DNA from: Amoebidium appalachense
Lineage: Eukaryota > Protista > Ichthyosporea
DNA length: 64,000 bases
NCBI GenBank assembly: GCA_963693365.1
Contig: CAVNZM010000005.1
Span: forward strand, 4,657,167 to 4,721,166
Direction: 5' to 3'
Shown: positions 61,823-64,000 of the stretch, piece by piece
How positions within the stretch are numbered: position 1 is the first letter of the stretch
How the letters are laid out: each line of letters opens with the position of its first letter
Program-made: the position numbers and the translations under genes
The notes under the pieces: model-generated
What the model was told of the DNA's origin: nothing
Database searches by the model: none
The model's input: only the letters and a program-made list of their open reading frames with translations

Positions 61823-63175
61823 ATGGGTGTGCAGGGCTTGCTCCCAGCACTCGGCATTAGTGCCGAAAAAGCCACAGATGTTACTGCAGAGTTGCAACGT
61901 GGGGTAGTTGCTTTTGACGGGATGGTGCAGGTCCACAAGTCCTTTTCAGTTTTCGCTGACACAGTAGCCAAACAGCAAATAGATGACAAAAAAGTCACAG
62001 ACGACACATATGCAGCTATTGCAAATCACTTTATGTCCAAAGTTAATACGTATAGGCTAGCAGGGGTCCAGCCACACTATGTGTTTGATGGGCGCAGATT
62101 GAAAGAGGGAAAACTAGTTGATAACGACCGTGCAGAAAAGGTGGTCAAAGCCCGCCAAGAAATAGCCACAAAAAGAGAGAAACAGGAGGAAGTAACTAAA
62201 AACAAATGGAGAAGCGCTGCAGAGTTAGATAACAGAGTTTTACATGCAATCATCCTTAGACTGAAAGATGAGAATGTCGATTACACAGTAGCTCCATACG
62301 AAGCAGACCCCCAGCTTGCCTATGATGGCACGTACCGGTTTGGCACACACTGTTGTCACTGAGGATGCCGACCTTCTTCTGTATAACATCCCGCGGGTTG
62401 TATACAAACTGCGCATTGCGGATGCGGCGGTCATCCCTGGGACCGCTAATGCGGTGCGCATTCCCAAACTGTACGGAGTGATTGTAACCCCCGCCGATGT
62501 TTTTACCAGAAGCACAAAGTACAACTTCGACGGATGGGATATAGAAATACTGCGTTATTTTGCTATTGTGAATGGCTGTGATTATGTGAAAAAGCTCAGG
62601 GGAATTGGCATGGGCACTTTGCACGCAGCTGTAAGTGAGGCGTGCCGGGCCTGGGGACGCGAGGGAAGGCCGGTAGCTGCGGGGGTTGTGTTCACAGATC
62701 TGCTCCAGCATATCCAACGGGTCAGAAAGGGGAAAAGAGGGAAGGAAAAGCCCGTTAAAAGCACAGAAAACAAGCAGGGTGGGGACGAACGGGCAGGAAG
62801 AGTCGAAATCGGACGGAAAGGAGGTGAAGCAGTGGAGGAAGAGGTTGAGTGGTGGGATCTTGAATACGAACATGGAACGTATGAAAACGGGGCTGAGGTG
62901 ATGAGGTTATAGAGATGCAATGATGAGGGTGAAGAGGTTATAGAGATGCAATATGCAGATGGTACGAAAAAGAGGCGGATAGTAGGACCAAGTGTAGAAG
63001 AATTGGCCCAATCATGTAGTACAAGCCTGACCTTGTAGGGCTCCGTGCATTTGTACAGCAAATAGACCCTACTGGACACAAGTATAGTTTTACCTGGAAT
63101 GAAAAGTTTATGGTGCAAATGTATCCATCATACAGGGCAGAAAACCACAAAAAGTGGAAGAAGAAGAAGAAGTGA
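61823..63175 (+). pseudogene. Intronless Exo1-like (XPG/RAD2 family) 5' nuclease with frameshifts
   Basis: MGVQGLLP, VAFDG, YVFDG, VAPYEADPQLAY, then a +1 frameshift at ~62322 to MARTGLAHTVVTEDADLL and H3TH GCDYVKKLRGIG. Further disruptions occur in a repeated EG(D/E)EVIEMQ segment at ~62895-62955. The 3' end is approximate. Confidence 0.85.
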
Positions 63176-63217
63176 ACACGAACACTGAAAATGCAACTGA
63201 ATGATTCTGTTTTCCTT

Positions 63218-63250
<33 letters not shown>

Positions 63251-63283
63251 TTTACGTTATCTTTCATAATGTGTACTGTGTGT

Positions 63284-63352
<69 letters not shown>

Positions 63353-63608
63353 GTGATCTTCTGACCGATCTAGTGAACCTATAATGAATGAATGAAGACC
63401 GTGTGTCAAATCTGAGAGCAATGTACCAGACCCTGGTGCCTGCATATGTTTCCTACCCCCCCCCCCCCCCCCTCCCCCCGGTCCCTCCTCCCCCCTTGGT
63501 GTTTGCATACGTGCCTACCTGCCCCCCCCCCCCCCCCCCCCCCCCCACACACACACACGTGTGTGGGGGGGGGGGGGGGGGGGGCGTGCATGCGTGCGTG
63601 TGTGCAAA

Positions 63609-63671
<63 letters not shown>

Positions 63672-63704
63672 TTCCGTGTGTGCGTGGTTGTGTGTGTGTG
63701 TGAA

Positions 63705-63738
<34 letters not shown>

Positions 63739-63865
63739 GAACGACTCAAGGTTGTACTTGGCACACAAATACATAATAATTTCAATTATTATTATTATTT
63801 TCCTATACAGGAAAAGTGGAGCCCTACTGGCCGAATACATACATGCAAGCATTCATTCATATTTT

Positions 63866-63960
<95 letters not shown>

Positions 63961-64000
63961 CAGAGAAGGGGGCTTTAGGGAGAGGCAATCGAAAACGAAA

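Overview
Eukaryotic, intron-rich genomic window, probably a unicellular holozoan or other opisthokont (inference from animal-like GATD1/MRPS21/RMND5 sequences). Introns are packed with poly-C/poly-G and (CA)n/(GT)n tracts, so most of the supplied ORF track is low-complexity noise. Manual splicing with phase checks recovers: the 3' part of cullin-4 (+, 17 exons), alpha-N-acetylglucosaminidase (-, 5 exons), an intronless multi-pass membrane protein (-), RMND5/Gid2 (-) head-to-head with MRPS21 (+), GATD1 (-), a Ser/Thr kinase (+) and an intronless, frameshifted Exo1-like nuclease (+). Mobile DNA: a very young Ty1/Copia element (identical 766-bp LTRs, CCCCC target duplication, half-tRNA-iMet-type PBS, gag starting inside the LTR) and four MITEs with TIRs and TSDs (Kolobok-like, Harbinger-like, hAT-like, one unclassified). 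The most unusual signal is an apparent simple-repeat splicing architecture. Weak donors are followed immediately by poly-C, many acceptors have (CA)n instead of a U-rich tract, some putative branch points sit 200-370 nt upstream across AG-free CA tracts, and several introns have complementary G/GT versus C/CA halves. A ~105-bp poly-C-flanked intronic repeat family is found only in host-sense orientation. Homopolymer lengths and some single-base frameshifts may be assembly errors.
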